Position numbers and translations under genes: made by a program. A DNA stretch of 56,554 nucleotides, the filler included, from Sphacelaria rigidula (Eukaryota): the NCBI GenBank assembly GCA_964200075.2. It is 5 parts of 5 records of this genome, joined end to end, with 100 filler letters (N's around TTAATTAATTAA, not from the genome) between each part and the next. Parts side by side here need not be neighbours in the genome. Positions count along the whole stretch, not along the records: positions 1 to 11,231 come from CAXNAA020005195.1; positions 11,332 to 22,562 come from CAXNAA020005196.1; positions 22,663 to 33,893 come from CAXNAA020005197.1; 2 more parts are not named here. The stretch is one strand, 5' to 3'. The notes beneath the pieces were generated by a model, which saw only the letters and a list, made by a program, of their open reading frames with translations, was not told where the DNA came from and made no database searches. Shown in pieces: positions 11,230 through 25,676 of the stretch (positions are counted from its first letter, which is position 1; each line of letters opens with the position of its first letter).

Positions 11230-11231
11230 AA

Positions 11232-11331
11232 NNNNNNNNNNNNNNNNNNNNNNNNNNNNNNNNNNNNNNNNNNNNTTAATTAATTAANNNNNNNNNNNNN
11301 NNNNNNNNNNNNNNNNNNNNNNNNNNNNNNN
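11232..11331. other. Artificial contig linker N44-TTAATTAATTAA-N44
   Basis: Six-frame stop spacer; four identical copies in the window. Confidence 0.99.
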
Positions 11332-12279
11332 GATGGGGCGTGGGTGGGTTTTCGGTGGCCGGGTGGGGGGGGGGGGGGGGGGTGGGGGATGTACTCATGA
11401 TCATGCATGGCGTAATCATATGGCCATTCACCGCGCATCCCGACAAACTTTGAGAGCCGGGACGGAGCACGCCGGGTTTTCGCCGGACCAGGCTCGCAAT
11501 CAATCACCAAGCGCAAAGCGCCCTGAAATGTTCGGCGAGTCGCATGAAGGTGAGCTGCATCCTGCTAAGATTGTTCGGCCTGAAGCGTACTGATTGTCTT
11601 ACATATGGATGACAGCCTCCAATCAGTTGCTTCGTTTTCTGGTATCGTCATTTCCAGATACAGCCATGGGTTAAACACTACCTCCTGGATGTCTCACCAT
11701 TTAAACACTGCGTAGTACGATCATCCCCTTTGCGTAGAGTTGAGATTCTCCCACCCCGCACAATATGATGTAGCTCGACGACTATCATGGCCACCACAAA
11801 AGGAAAAACGCGAGAGAAGGGGGGGAGGAGGGGGGGCTCGAAAGTCGCCGTGTATTGGTGCTACAGGTATATTCAGTGAAAGTTCAAGACCATCCACAGC
11901 TGATCGATTCATTCATCGCTTTTTTTAGATAGATAGTGTAATTAATCCCAACCTGGCTAAAGCATGTAGTTGGTGCTTTTGAGGTGGGGTACCACCCGTT
12001 GTCTGCCAATATCTGAAATGAGAGCTTCCTTTTAACAGAACTGTGTATCGAACGAAACCGCCAACGCGGCAATGAACAAAGTTCATTCTTCCACCCAGTC
12101 TCTCTACTGCCATGAAGCGAGACATCGCGCCACTTTCATTGGCAGGATCTGTAACGATATGTTCGTGATGCGAATCTTTTGCGACGTAACCATGGGATCT
12201 CTAGCTGTCGAAAGTACGCCAAAGCTCTGTTTGTTTCGTACTGCAAAACAACGTTTTCTACAAATCCCCGCCCACTCAG

Positions 12280-15632
<3,353 letters not shown>

Positions 15633-16072
15633 TACCTTGTCCAGAGCTCGTGATGGCCACAAGACAAGGTATGCTGTGGTTATGAATTCCTTGTGCTGTG
15701 CAGCTGCACTGTTAATAATGATTTACTGTGAGCGCCACTGGAGTTTACGGCTGGACCTTGAGAACAAGCTGGTTGGCATGGCAGTAAGGGCATGCTGTTC
15801 GATGAACAACTGAAATCATTCCAGCTTTTCATTGTTGCGTGTACGCTGGCAGTCATTAGGTTAGAGGAAGGACGGGGAGCTTGAATAGAGGGAAAGGACG
15901 AACCAATTGGGGAAAATGCGCTTTGTGATTAACTCGCAATTTTCGTACACCTTCGGAACTCCACATGTCCGGAGCTAGTCTATATTGTAGTCTAGTAGGG
16001 AATTCCCAGACGTGTGAAGCAAGCTCACGCGCAAGGACAAGACCTCCAACCGAAACATGGTCCCAATTTCGT

Positions 16073-17035
16073 CTATTGCCTCTTGAACCTCGACATCTCC
16101 ATCCGAAGATGATTGGATGAGACCACGAAGGTTGTGTCCTTCACTGTGTTGCGTCTCCGGACGGCCGCACAGGGGGCGCAACACGCTGCCACACACGACA
16201 GTAGCAGTAGGAGGAGGTGTGTAGCGGGGATTGGAGGCCTTCTGACCAGGAGTAAGTAGAAACAACTTGGGCAAGACGTAGATGAGAGGAAGATGGAAGA
16301 TGCCCATGAGCCGAATTCATGAGCGTCTTCCAAGTCGTACCACCAACCGTGATCACTGTCGCTGTCATCACTGTCGCGTCAACGCGAGCAGTCTTGGCGT
16401 CATGTGTATGCTGATCAGTGAAGAAACTCGGATTTGTCTCAAGGTCGTCTCGTTTGAAGGACACGGATTGTGTTGGAAAGGGTAAGGGTGGTGGCAAAGA
16501 GAGGATCTGTGATTAAAGTATGTTGTAGCAACTATAGTGCCGAAATTCGTAGCGACAACGTGTGGGCTAATAGGTTGTCACACCATACGGCCGAAAAGTG
16601 AGGGAGAAGTGTGTCTGATAGGCTGATGTCCGGTCGTTGCCGCTGCGTCACTCTCCGTGACCTGCACTCGGCCTTCTCGTTGTCGCAGTCTGAATTCTTC
16701 CGAAGATATCGTTTTGTTAGTCCCAGGTGTTCTTTTCTGTCTGCGGGAAGAGGCGAAAATGTACTTAATCTAAGTCTGTGGAATGTCTACCTTCTTACAC
16801 GTCCTGACCATACAAAAAAATGCAAGAGCGTCGTTTTCTCGGTGTCACTTCCTCGTGGTGCGTACTCTTGTCTACACGAAATGGCACCCCCGATTGGGCT
16901 CCGCGGGGATGCCACCAACACTGATGCTGCCAAACATACTGCACCCCCTTCGAACATACCAGCTGTATCATTGTATCCGTATAGCACAGCAAGTGTAGCC
17001 ACATTGCGCCACCCACTTTCGATGACCTCGCTCCA
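16073..17035 (-). CDS. Possible further exons (16866-17035, 16073-16370) encoding an acidic patch and a hydrophobic Cys-rich C-terminus
   Basis: The two exons are phase-compatible (GA|T = Asp). They could join the UBL gene through a weak GGA|GTGTGA donor at 17360. Confidence 0.3.
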
Positions 17036-17354
17036 CTGAAGCAAAAGCGCCGATATGCGCACAATGTTGCAGCTCTCTTCCCTGCGGATATATACATGAT
17101 CATCCATCTGCTTTGCTGTGATGTTCTCACGCAGCCACAAGCTACTCGCACCTAAGACTCGAGGGAAAATTCGGCGACCATTCGTTGCGCGCCTCATGCA
17201 ATTGCCTACGTCGATAGGAGTAAAGGTACTGCATGCGTATTGATCACATCATCACCACCGCAATTAATGCTACTGTGTAGCGCCAAGGAAACCTACCGCG
17301 TCTATCAACAACACCCACAACCACACGCATCGAACATGTCATGGTACCGCTGAT

Positions 17355-20016
17355 TCACACTCCCCGTGAAGACCCAGTTGAGGGAGTGGACGCACGACCA
17401 ACGTGCTTCCACCGCTGCCAGCCCGAAACGTTGACCCTTCCACCAGAGGGCAGAGAGCTCGACCGTCCCACCCCAGCAATCGCCCTGGAACCAACAGCTC
17501 TGCTTGATGTCGTCCGAGTGCCCAAAGCAACAGGTACCGCCACCAACGCTGGGGAAACTCTACGGAAATTTGCGTGAGCAGGTCGCGACGGGGATATCGA
17601 AGCCGGGGAAGGAGGAGGTCCTGATCTTGACCCAGAGCGATCTTGATCGCCAAGGGTCGAAATACCCCTGGCTTTCGTCTTGGAGAACGGCCACGCCCGT
17701 CTCGTGGCACCTCGTACTGTGTTCCTTCGTTCCTTTCTACGTGTATCGTTCTCGGGAAGTATACCGGCTTCGCCACCCCGTACTACGTCATGACTCTCTG
17801 CCTGAACGCCGGGGGCTGCGTTCGTGTTCGCTACATTCGCCGAGGCAGCCCCGTTGCTGCTGCCAGTTTCCGCCGTGATAGTATCTGTTTTCTGCGACAA
17901 GGACTCCTCATTTAGCGCCAGTTCAATTGTGGTCGCTTTTTCTTCGTATACCCCGTCACCGACTGCATCCTTCAATGATGTGGCGGACTCTTGATTGTCG
18001 GAAGGGCGTGTTATGGCGCTTCCAATGGTCGGAATGCTGGGGGGGATTCGGTAGCCGAGGATGAGGGTGTCTCCGCTCCGTATGCCGAGAGCATGAAGGT
18101 TCGCGGTATCTGGCTCCAGCGCAGAGCCCCTCCACAGGAGACGCTGTAAGTAGGGAGGGACGCCCTCATCGAACGCAATGAGCTCTTTCGCGTCCGCAAC
18201 TTGAGCATCTTGTCGGAGTGTAAGCGTCAGCGCTCGCCCGGAGGGACTCAGTGCAAAGATCACGACCGTCCGGGAGCCGCTGATTGTCGGACGCCGACCG
18301 AGCGTGATTTCAGGCGTTCTTGCTTTTGCTGCCGCTTCGTCGAAATATTTCGGCGGCCCGTCGCAGATGTCTGATCCCGTGGGCGAGGGCGGACAATGGT
18401 TGGGGGACCACGCAAACACGGAATCCACTACCGCGGAAGGCCTAGTGAGCTGGTTGTTTGCATCGATGCCGCGCTCCTTCAAGGCGAAGAACTTTCGGGG
18501 TTTGGGCATTGCTTCGCTCGCCCTACTTCCATCGGAACCCTTTGACGGCAAGGCGCGAATTGAGTGCGGACGAAAAAAGGAATCATGTATACGTTTTGCC
18601 GGTTGAGTGTCCGAAGTAGCGACAACAACGGTTTTTGTCAGCAGCATCCATTGAAACACGTTCAATATTAAATATGTGCCGAAATCGTGTGTTCTGCATT
18701 GAAAGTGCCATGGATTGTTCGGAGGGTAGCGTAGAGACACTGACCTGAACGTAATTTCCTGCAAAGGCCGGCTCTTGCACTCGCAGCTCAAAGTGGATCT
18801 CGTCCGAGCCTCTTGCCGTAAAGCTGCCCGCGGTCGAATTCGCAATACAGCAGTCTCCCAGAGCAACGCGATTTTCAAGCCCTTGAGCGGCTCCATGTAT
18901 CATGACAGACTGCAGGCTCATGTCAACGCCATTTTCCTCGTATATTCTCTGAGCAGGGTAGTTCATTATCGGAACACAGTGTATGCGCGCGAGATAGGGT
19001 AATATTAGATGTATCCAACTCAGAGGTCCCACCGTAGTTAGTTCAGCGACGATGGATAGCCTTGCAGCAATGTGTTGGAGTTGAAGTACGCAGCAACTCC
19101 GCTACTTCAAGGTGCAATGGCCGCAGTTATTGCCTTTACTATTAAAAGGCAAGTTCGATGCCACAGCCCTGCAAAGAAGTGCCACATCGTCTGACCTTCT
19201 TTATGTCGCCAATGGTGTCGCCTGGACCTAAGACAAACGACAGTGCATCGGCGTCGCTCCCGGTGTCTGGGCAGTGAACAACCACCGCTCGGCCGACATG
19301 GAAAGTGTAATCCACCTTGCACCCGTCCCGTACCCAGGCGTCTCGAAGCGAAATATCCAACTCCCCCGGGTGCCCGTATACCGGGTCTTTTACACCGGCG
19401 GATCCCCCCCGCTGTGTTCGCGCACGCTCCAGCAACTCGCCAAACGTGGCTGTGTTGGGCAGTTGCACTGTTGTATGGCGAGCTGGTGTGGTTTGGTGGA
19501 TGGCATCTGGATCTTCCTCTTTTCCGACTGTACATGTTACTTGTCGACCTGCCGACGGCGTGTGCCTTATCTGCTGTCGGAGAAAAGCGCGGGTAGAAAG
19601 GAGGAGAGCGATGAGAGCACCGTTCCAAATTCATCGCGTGACAGGAAGACTGTACCGGCCATGTCCTTATTGCTGTGCTTTACCTGCTCGAGCTATGTTT
19701 GGCTGCCGCGAGACCTGTTGTTTGGTTGCGCTCACCAAACCCGAGGCCTTCAGTAGCTTGTATTCGTCGCGTTTGCCCTCACAGTGGTATGGCCATACAA
19801 GACAGCGCCGAGGTCAGATCGCACTATTATATCAGACGAAAGTTCTTGTTCAGAGGAACGATGCAATGCTACCAGTTGTTCTACTAGGAAGACATGCTAT
19901 TATATCTAGGATATGCTACGCACTTACGTTCAAGTTGATCTCCTTTCGTTGGCGCCTGACGGGCCGTTGGCCGTAGTAGTCCGCCAGAGTTTGCTCCAGG
20001 CAAAAGCACTTTCCGT
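17355..20016 (-). CDS. Protein with several tandem divergent ubiquitin-like domains, 5' end unresolved; exons 19928-20016, 19684-19714, 19196-19482, 18745-18948, 17355-18539
   Basis: Phase-compatible GT-AG exons. Clear UBL at ~18050-18270 (IFALSPSGRALTL...VADAKELIAFDEGVPPYLQRLLWRGSALE...LGIRSGDTLIL). A second UBL spans an intron (GDTIGDIKK|RIYEENGV...LENRVALGDCCI). A UBL-like tail reads GKCFCLEQTLADYY. Confidence 0.75.
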
Positions 20017-20745
20017 CTACCAAGATCAAGAAAAGGAGCGTGATACGGAGGGATTCGCGTGGCGTTTTGATGGAGCGGTAAAAACAAGATCGTCAATCTA
20101 CCGACAGAATGCTCTGATTTTGGGCGCTATGTGGTGGCATTCAAGACAGCAGTAATTGACTCATTGTTGTCCCACGGAGGCACAGCCGTGCAGGGGCATG
20201 GTGTCGATCACGCCTTGTAACCCTCCCATTTTTTAGTCATCCCATTTCGTGTTCTTCCCATTTTGATACTGTACCGCACGGCAAAGGTGGGAGAAGGAAT
20301 TTGCCGTGCGCGGGTAACATGTTTTGCTTTCAGTAAATTTAGGCACAGTTTAGACATTCTTTTTCGCCGTCTATCTTTCTTCACTGGTGAGGAACACAAC
20401 ACGGTGTTTGGAGTGTTCACTCGTGCTTCTCGTCGGCTTTACGTAGACAAAATGGATGTATAGGTTGAGATTCACCACTGAGCCACTCGGTCAGCGCTGA
20501 CTGAGTGGCTGAGGGGGTTATGCGGCGTCATAACAAAAAATAGTCCCGGTGTCCGTCCAAGCTGTTAGACCTATATATCGCTTCTCCCTATGATCGTTCT
20601 TGGCCGATTTCTTCGTGATGGAGAATTGTTGAAGAGCACACCGCGGCGACTCGGTGCACACGCGCTAGGCTAGGATAGTCACAGTGAATCCTACATAGTA
20701 GCAGAGTTTGCAACAGGGGCGGTAATCCTGGGGCGAAAAGGTCAG

Positions 20746-21139
20746 GAACAGCGCGGAGTTCTCCTTCGTGACGTGATTCCTGCATGAGAAATTCCGAAAG
20801 GTAAACTTTCTCCTGTAATCAGCGCTGAGCGAATGGTTCAGTGGTTACTGTGACAGTGTATGCATGCATATTCACGTTTCACGCAAACGCTCCCACTATT
20901 TTTCCACATGTCACATCACTACTTTCTCATGTCCGCGGCGCGAACAGCGCGGAGGTCTCCTTCGTGACGTGATTCCTGCATGAGAAATTCCGAAAGCTAA
21001 ACTTTCTCCTGTAATCAGCGCTGAGCGTGTGGCTCAGTGGTTACTGTAACAGTGTATGCATGCATATTCACGTTTCACGCAAACGCTCCCACTATTTTTC
21101 AACATATGTCACATCACTACTTTCTGATGTCCACGGCGC
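20746..21139. repeat. Tandem duplication, 2 x ~196 bp
   Basis: GAACAGCGCGGAG(T/G)TCTCCTTCGTGACG... starts at 20746 and 20942; the copies are nearly identical. Confidence 0.95.
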
Positions 21140-22066
21140 GGACATGAACCATACTCTGAATTCGGTGTCGGGTGGTATGGGAAAAATTGCAATCACTATA
21201 TCGTTCATGTGTTCAATCTCTTGCTATCTTCACCCCTGTAGTGTGGACACTTAAATATCCGATTAAAATATTTATATAGGATGTGAAAACCCATCTGGCA
21301 TTCCATCTGCAATGTCGCCATCCACATTGTATATTCGCGTGAGATCTCACATATACCCAGAATATTTATATCAATCTGGGACGTCAGACCCACGGAGGAC
21401 ATCGATCTGGAATATTCTCCACTAGCTTGAGGATCAGGGTCACGGTTGGGTTTAGATATCCCGGGTGCATATCCATGCAGGTGAGCACAAATCTGGGATA
21501 TCTGAGGCTCATCTCCGTATCCTAGATGGATCTGGTATTCCAGGTGAACCTCTCACACGGATATCCCAGATGAACATCTTAGATGGATGTCCATATCCCA
21601 CAGTCCGTTTCCAAACAGATTTGCGTCCATCACGACCGCGTTTGAGTCTTATCGAAAATCGACAACAAGATTTTTGTCCAGGACTACGAGTAGCTTGTTG
21701 CCCCAACATCTCTGTTCACGGTGATGCTTAGAAAGACACGCGGCAGGCATACACAACATCCACACACCGAGGTCGAACACGACATGCGCAAACACTCCCG
21801 CACACGCTCATCAGCTCCAGCAGTAGCCCTTGCTCATCTTCAAGGTCACATGACGCCATTTTTCTTCTATGGAAACCCGTGCAGTACTACCAGGGGAAGG
21901 ACGGCCGCACGCGTGTCATTATACAACCGAAAATATGCCGTTGTGTGGGAGCTTCAATCGAGTTTTCATGAGCATATCCGACCTAAAGTCAGCACGTATA
22001 TTCATCAGGTGGTAACCAGCTACGGCTCCAGCTACAGGCTGGTTCACGCTGATCACCCAAAAACTG

Positions 22067-22308
22067 AGGAGTTAGACCCTGAAATTTTGCACAAATGTTC
22101 TATGGGTAATTACGCAACTTTTGAAGGTTGTTTTTTCTTTACTCCTTCACTTTTTTCACCGTTTTTCGGGGGTCCCAGATTTTGGGGGGAAACCTTGATC
22201 CAATCGGACCCCCGTAAAACGATAACAAAAAAAATAAAAAATAAACATTCGTCCAAAGTTGCGTAATGACCCAAAGCACAGTTGTACAAATTTCAGGGTC
22301 TAACTCCT
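22067..22308. repeat. Imperfect inverted repeat / foldback MITE
   Basis: AGGAGTTAGACCCTGAAATTT...AAATTTCAGGGTCTAACTCCT with inner arms TTACGCAACTTT/AAAGTTGCGTAA and CGGGGGTCC/GGACCCCCG. Confidence 0.85.
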
Positions 22309-22562
22309 TAAAACGGCGTGAGGTTTTTCGCACTTGTGCGATGAACTTTGCCGTGCCGCGGTGAAACCGCAAACTACTTGATTTTAGTACCCAAACGGCG
22401 TTTTTGGGCCTTCTTTGACGTGAACATGGAAATTCAAGCATCAGTTGATCGAGTTTTGCGACGAAAATTTGTGGAGCCCATCCTCGGGTTGTGCGGAGGC
22501 AGATAGTTTGCGAAAAAATGAAGAAAAAAAAATCGCAGTGCCGTTTTTCTGGGGTCCCATAA

Positions 22563-22662
22563 NNNNNNNNNNNNNNNNNNNNNNNNNNNNNNNNNNNNNN
22601 NNNNNNTTAATTAATTAANNNNNNNNNNNNNNNNNNNNNNNNNNNNNNNNNNNNNNNNNNNN
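22563..22662. other. Artificial contig linker
   Basis: N44-TTAATTAATTAA-N44. Confidence 0.99.
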
Positions 22663-23713
22663 GCCACTTGTACCGCTTCGACAGAGGGATACGCAGAACT
22701 CATGCCTCTAGCTCCGTCTCTCGTCCCACAGCGTTGCCAGATTCAGTCGCCTTGTGAACATGACCACACATATAGTATTATATATGGGGTACATTTATTC
22801 CTGAATCTCCCCCGAGCACTACATGTTAGTGTTATCAACTAGGGTCTACTAAAGGATGGTGACCCAACAAAAGTACGGGGGATGAGAGGTCGGGCCTACA
22901 TAAAATGCAAGTGAATGATGAAAAATTCGGGAATCCGAGCTCCGACAACGTGGGAATTATTTTGCTTCGAAGGCTTTTTTGTGGGCCAGGGACAGGGTAC
23001 ACCATCTTTGCAGTGACATCACTCCCGGCAACAGCCCCCCCCCCCCCTACTGGTCGTTCTGATGTGATCGATAAATTTCGCCTCGCCCTGATTGTTAATT
23101 ATTATTTTACGAACACGTCGTGAACGTGGTGTTAGTGAGCTTCAGTCCCAAAAGGGTTGATATTATTGCCGCACATCACGAGCTTGGCCAGCAGTAAATC
23201 CCGCATTCGCTTTCCAGACCACAAACTCTCAAGTTTTCCAAATCAGCGTGACTTGAGCATATCGCTGTGAAGCGCAGACCGACCTGGTAACACACGGCAT
23301 CGCTGCTCAATGAAAAAAAAATGAAAAAAAATGTACTGCGTAATATATTATCTTAACGACGGACGGAAAAAAAGGAGAATCTGTCAGGATTCGAACTCAT
23401 GACCTCCATAGTTGGAGTCTCCTGTATCACTTGAATTCAAGGGGCGCGGTCGTGTCGCACGAAAAGTGCGAGGCCGCGCCCAATTCGAGGTATTTTTGGC
23501 CGAAACTTCGCCAGAATGTTGTTGACGCGAGTGCCCGCATGTGTTGGAGCGTTGTCGTCGTTTTGATCATTTTCTGAGGAAGTCAAAGCATTTTTTCTGT
23601 TTTTGCTGAGACTTCAACTCGCTCTAACTCCTCCTTTTTTTTTCTTCCTTACACCCCTAGTTGGGTTGCACGGGTTGATGATACAAATGTCGTGCCAAAT
23701 TTCAGCGTTTAAG

Positions 23714-24178
23714 ACCACTTTGTATGGCAACCAATCCGTATTTGTACAAATGTGAGGATTTCAGCCTGTTTGAATCCGATTTTCTCCCGTGGATTGATTT
23801 TTCGGACCCCAGTCCGTTGGGCAATGTTTTTCGCTTAGCTCTGAGGAAACCAGATAATTCTCCGATTATCCGGGCGCTGACTTTTGGTTCATCACCTTTC
23901 TGCCCAGATCGGGAGACTCTCGCATCTCCCCCGAATCTGGGCCCCAAATCGGGGGAGATGCGGGAGTCTCCCGATCTGAGCAGAAAGGTGATGAACCAAA
24001 AGTCAGCACCCAGATAATCGGAGAATTGATCTGGTTTCCTCAGAGCTAGGCGAAAAACATTGCCCAACGGACTGGGGTTCGAAAAATCAATCCACGCGAG
24101 AAAATCGGATTCAAACGGGCTGAAATTCTCAAATCCTCATATTTGTATAAATACGGATTGGTTGCCATACAAAGTGGT
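23714..24178. repeat. ~465-bp near-perfect palindrome (foldback element)
   Basis: ACCACTTTGTATGGCAACCAATCCGTATTT...AAATACGGATTGGTTGCCATACAAAGTGGT with arms complementary up to the GGGCCC centre near 23941. Confidence 0.95.
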
Positions 24179-25676
24179 TGAACTCTTTGAATTATCAATG
24201 GCATCTCCATTCTTCGTTGAAAAATCACTGTCAGCTGGCCCAGCTCGTAGGCCGATCTCTCGAACCCGTGGTCACAGACGTAGGCTCGTCTTTTCAATAC
24301 CGCCCCTGCTATTCCTTACAAGACATAGAGTCCTCCATCTTTTGGAGATATAACATCGAAATCATCGCGTGGAGAAACGTGGCTATGCAACGTATTATTA
24401 TAGTATTAATAGAGCGATGTACTGTCCCGCAACTGTTGTGTACTGTTGGGCATCGTGTGAGAAAAATCCCAGATGGCTCCGAGATTCGAACCCACGTGTG
24501 CCCCAATACATCCTTCCTACAAGTACATAAAACGGAGCTTGAAAAACGATCCGCATGTCGACGTTGCGCTGGCATGCGTGTATTCTACACCTCACCTACA
24601 AGTACTATTCTACTGTATTGCACTGGTGTGCTGTGACACCAGCACCTGTGCTCGCCAGGATGGGAAAGTTGAACTTGGAACACTGCAGCACTTCGTCTTG
24701 CAGTCGCCCCCGTGCTTCACAATACGAATGCAATGCATTCTCACACACATGAACGGGAAAAAGAGAAGCACCGCCAACACCGACGGACTATCCCGTCGTC
24801 GGGTCATGCCGACCGCGTGTATCAGCTAAAGATAGAAAATCGATACACAAATAGTAGCATCTGTTATGTCTTGCCCAAGCAGTCGATGGGCACCGGGCCG
24901 AAACGACGTACACCTTCCCCAAAAAGCTTTCGTACTAGTATATCCAAGGTGAAGGTTGTACCCTGTAGCCTAAAACGAAATAAACTGGTTACGGTACTCG
25001 TAGTACAGTACAGTTTAGACTACGCCCATCACGAGAGTTCCGTACTACTGTACTTTACCGCACTGAACTATTGTACAACAACAGTGCATCCGCATTACTG
25101 ACTGACCTGCTCTTTCCAACGGCTGCATCCCCCACAAGCAGCAACTTGAAGAGATGGTCATACGGCTCCGCTTGCCTTGCAGCCATGGGTCCAATTATAT
25201 TATCGTGTCCTTGTCTGTAATTGTTACCAAATCAGAGTTACGCGGGATGCTCGTTTCTCGGGCCTCGGATTCTTCCTGTGTTGTTGCTGTTGCTGCAGCT
25301 GCGGCTGCTGGGGTGTATTCAGCGGTTTATGTCAGGCCCCTCGATTCCAACAGTGATTATTTTGTGAGCACTGAGATGGGCAAGAACTTCAATACTCTTA
25401 TGGCGACCAAATCCTTATTACGGTGAAGTTCCGCAACCTTGTTGATTAAATTGTTAGCTGCCTGTCTCACCATGAGGGTTGTAAAATGACTTTAATACCT
25501 GAATATACATTTGGAACATGATTAAAAACGTTTGGAACAGGTTTCACGCCATGATTTTGAAGCAGTGCAGATGTGCAAACCATACAGCACTAGGGCACCC
25601 CGAAGGTGCACAGAGGCATAACAAGAGAGTACATATTTGAATATTTTATGTTCGTCAAGAAAACTCGAGTCCAGCG

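Larger units (their letters stand above)
9980..11231 (-). mobile_element. 3' end of a second Gypsy-type LTR element (pol C-terminus, PPT, 3' LTR)
   Basis: ORF end 10936-11231; PPT-like GGGTGGGTGAG (10321-10331, - strand) abuts TGTCATGAGG; putative LTR end ...GTTTACCA at 9980. Confidence 0.75.

Noticed and set aside
11492-11549. Possible upstream CFAP91 exon (CAG|GCTCGC...GAAG|GTGAGC)
   Set aside because: Splice sites are plausible but I could not fix the frame or find conserved residues.
23375-23435. tRNA-like sequence with a box-B motif (GAGTTCGAATCC on the - strand); similar motif near 24480
   Set aside because: No convincing acceptor stem or D arm; at most a decayed tRNA-derived SINE head.
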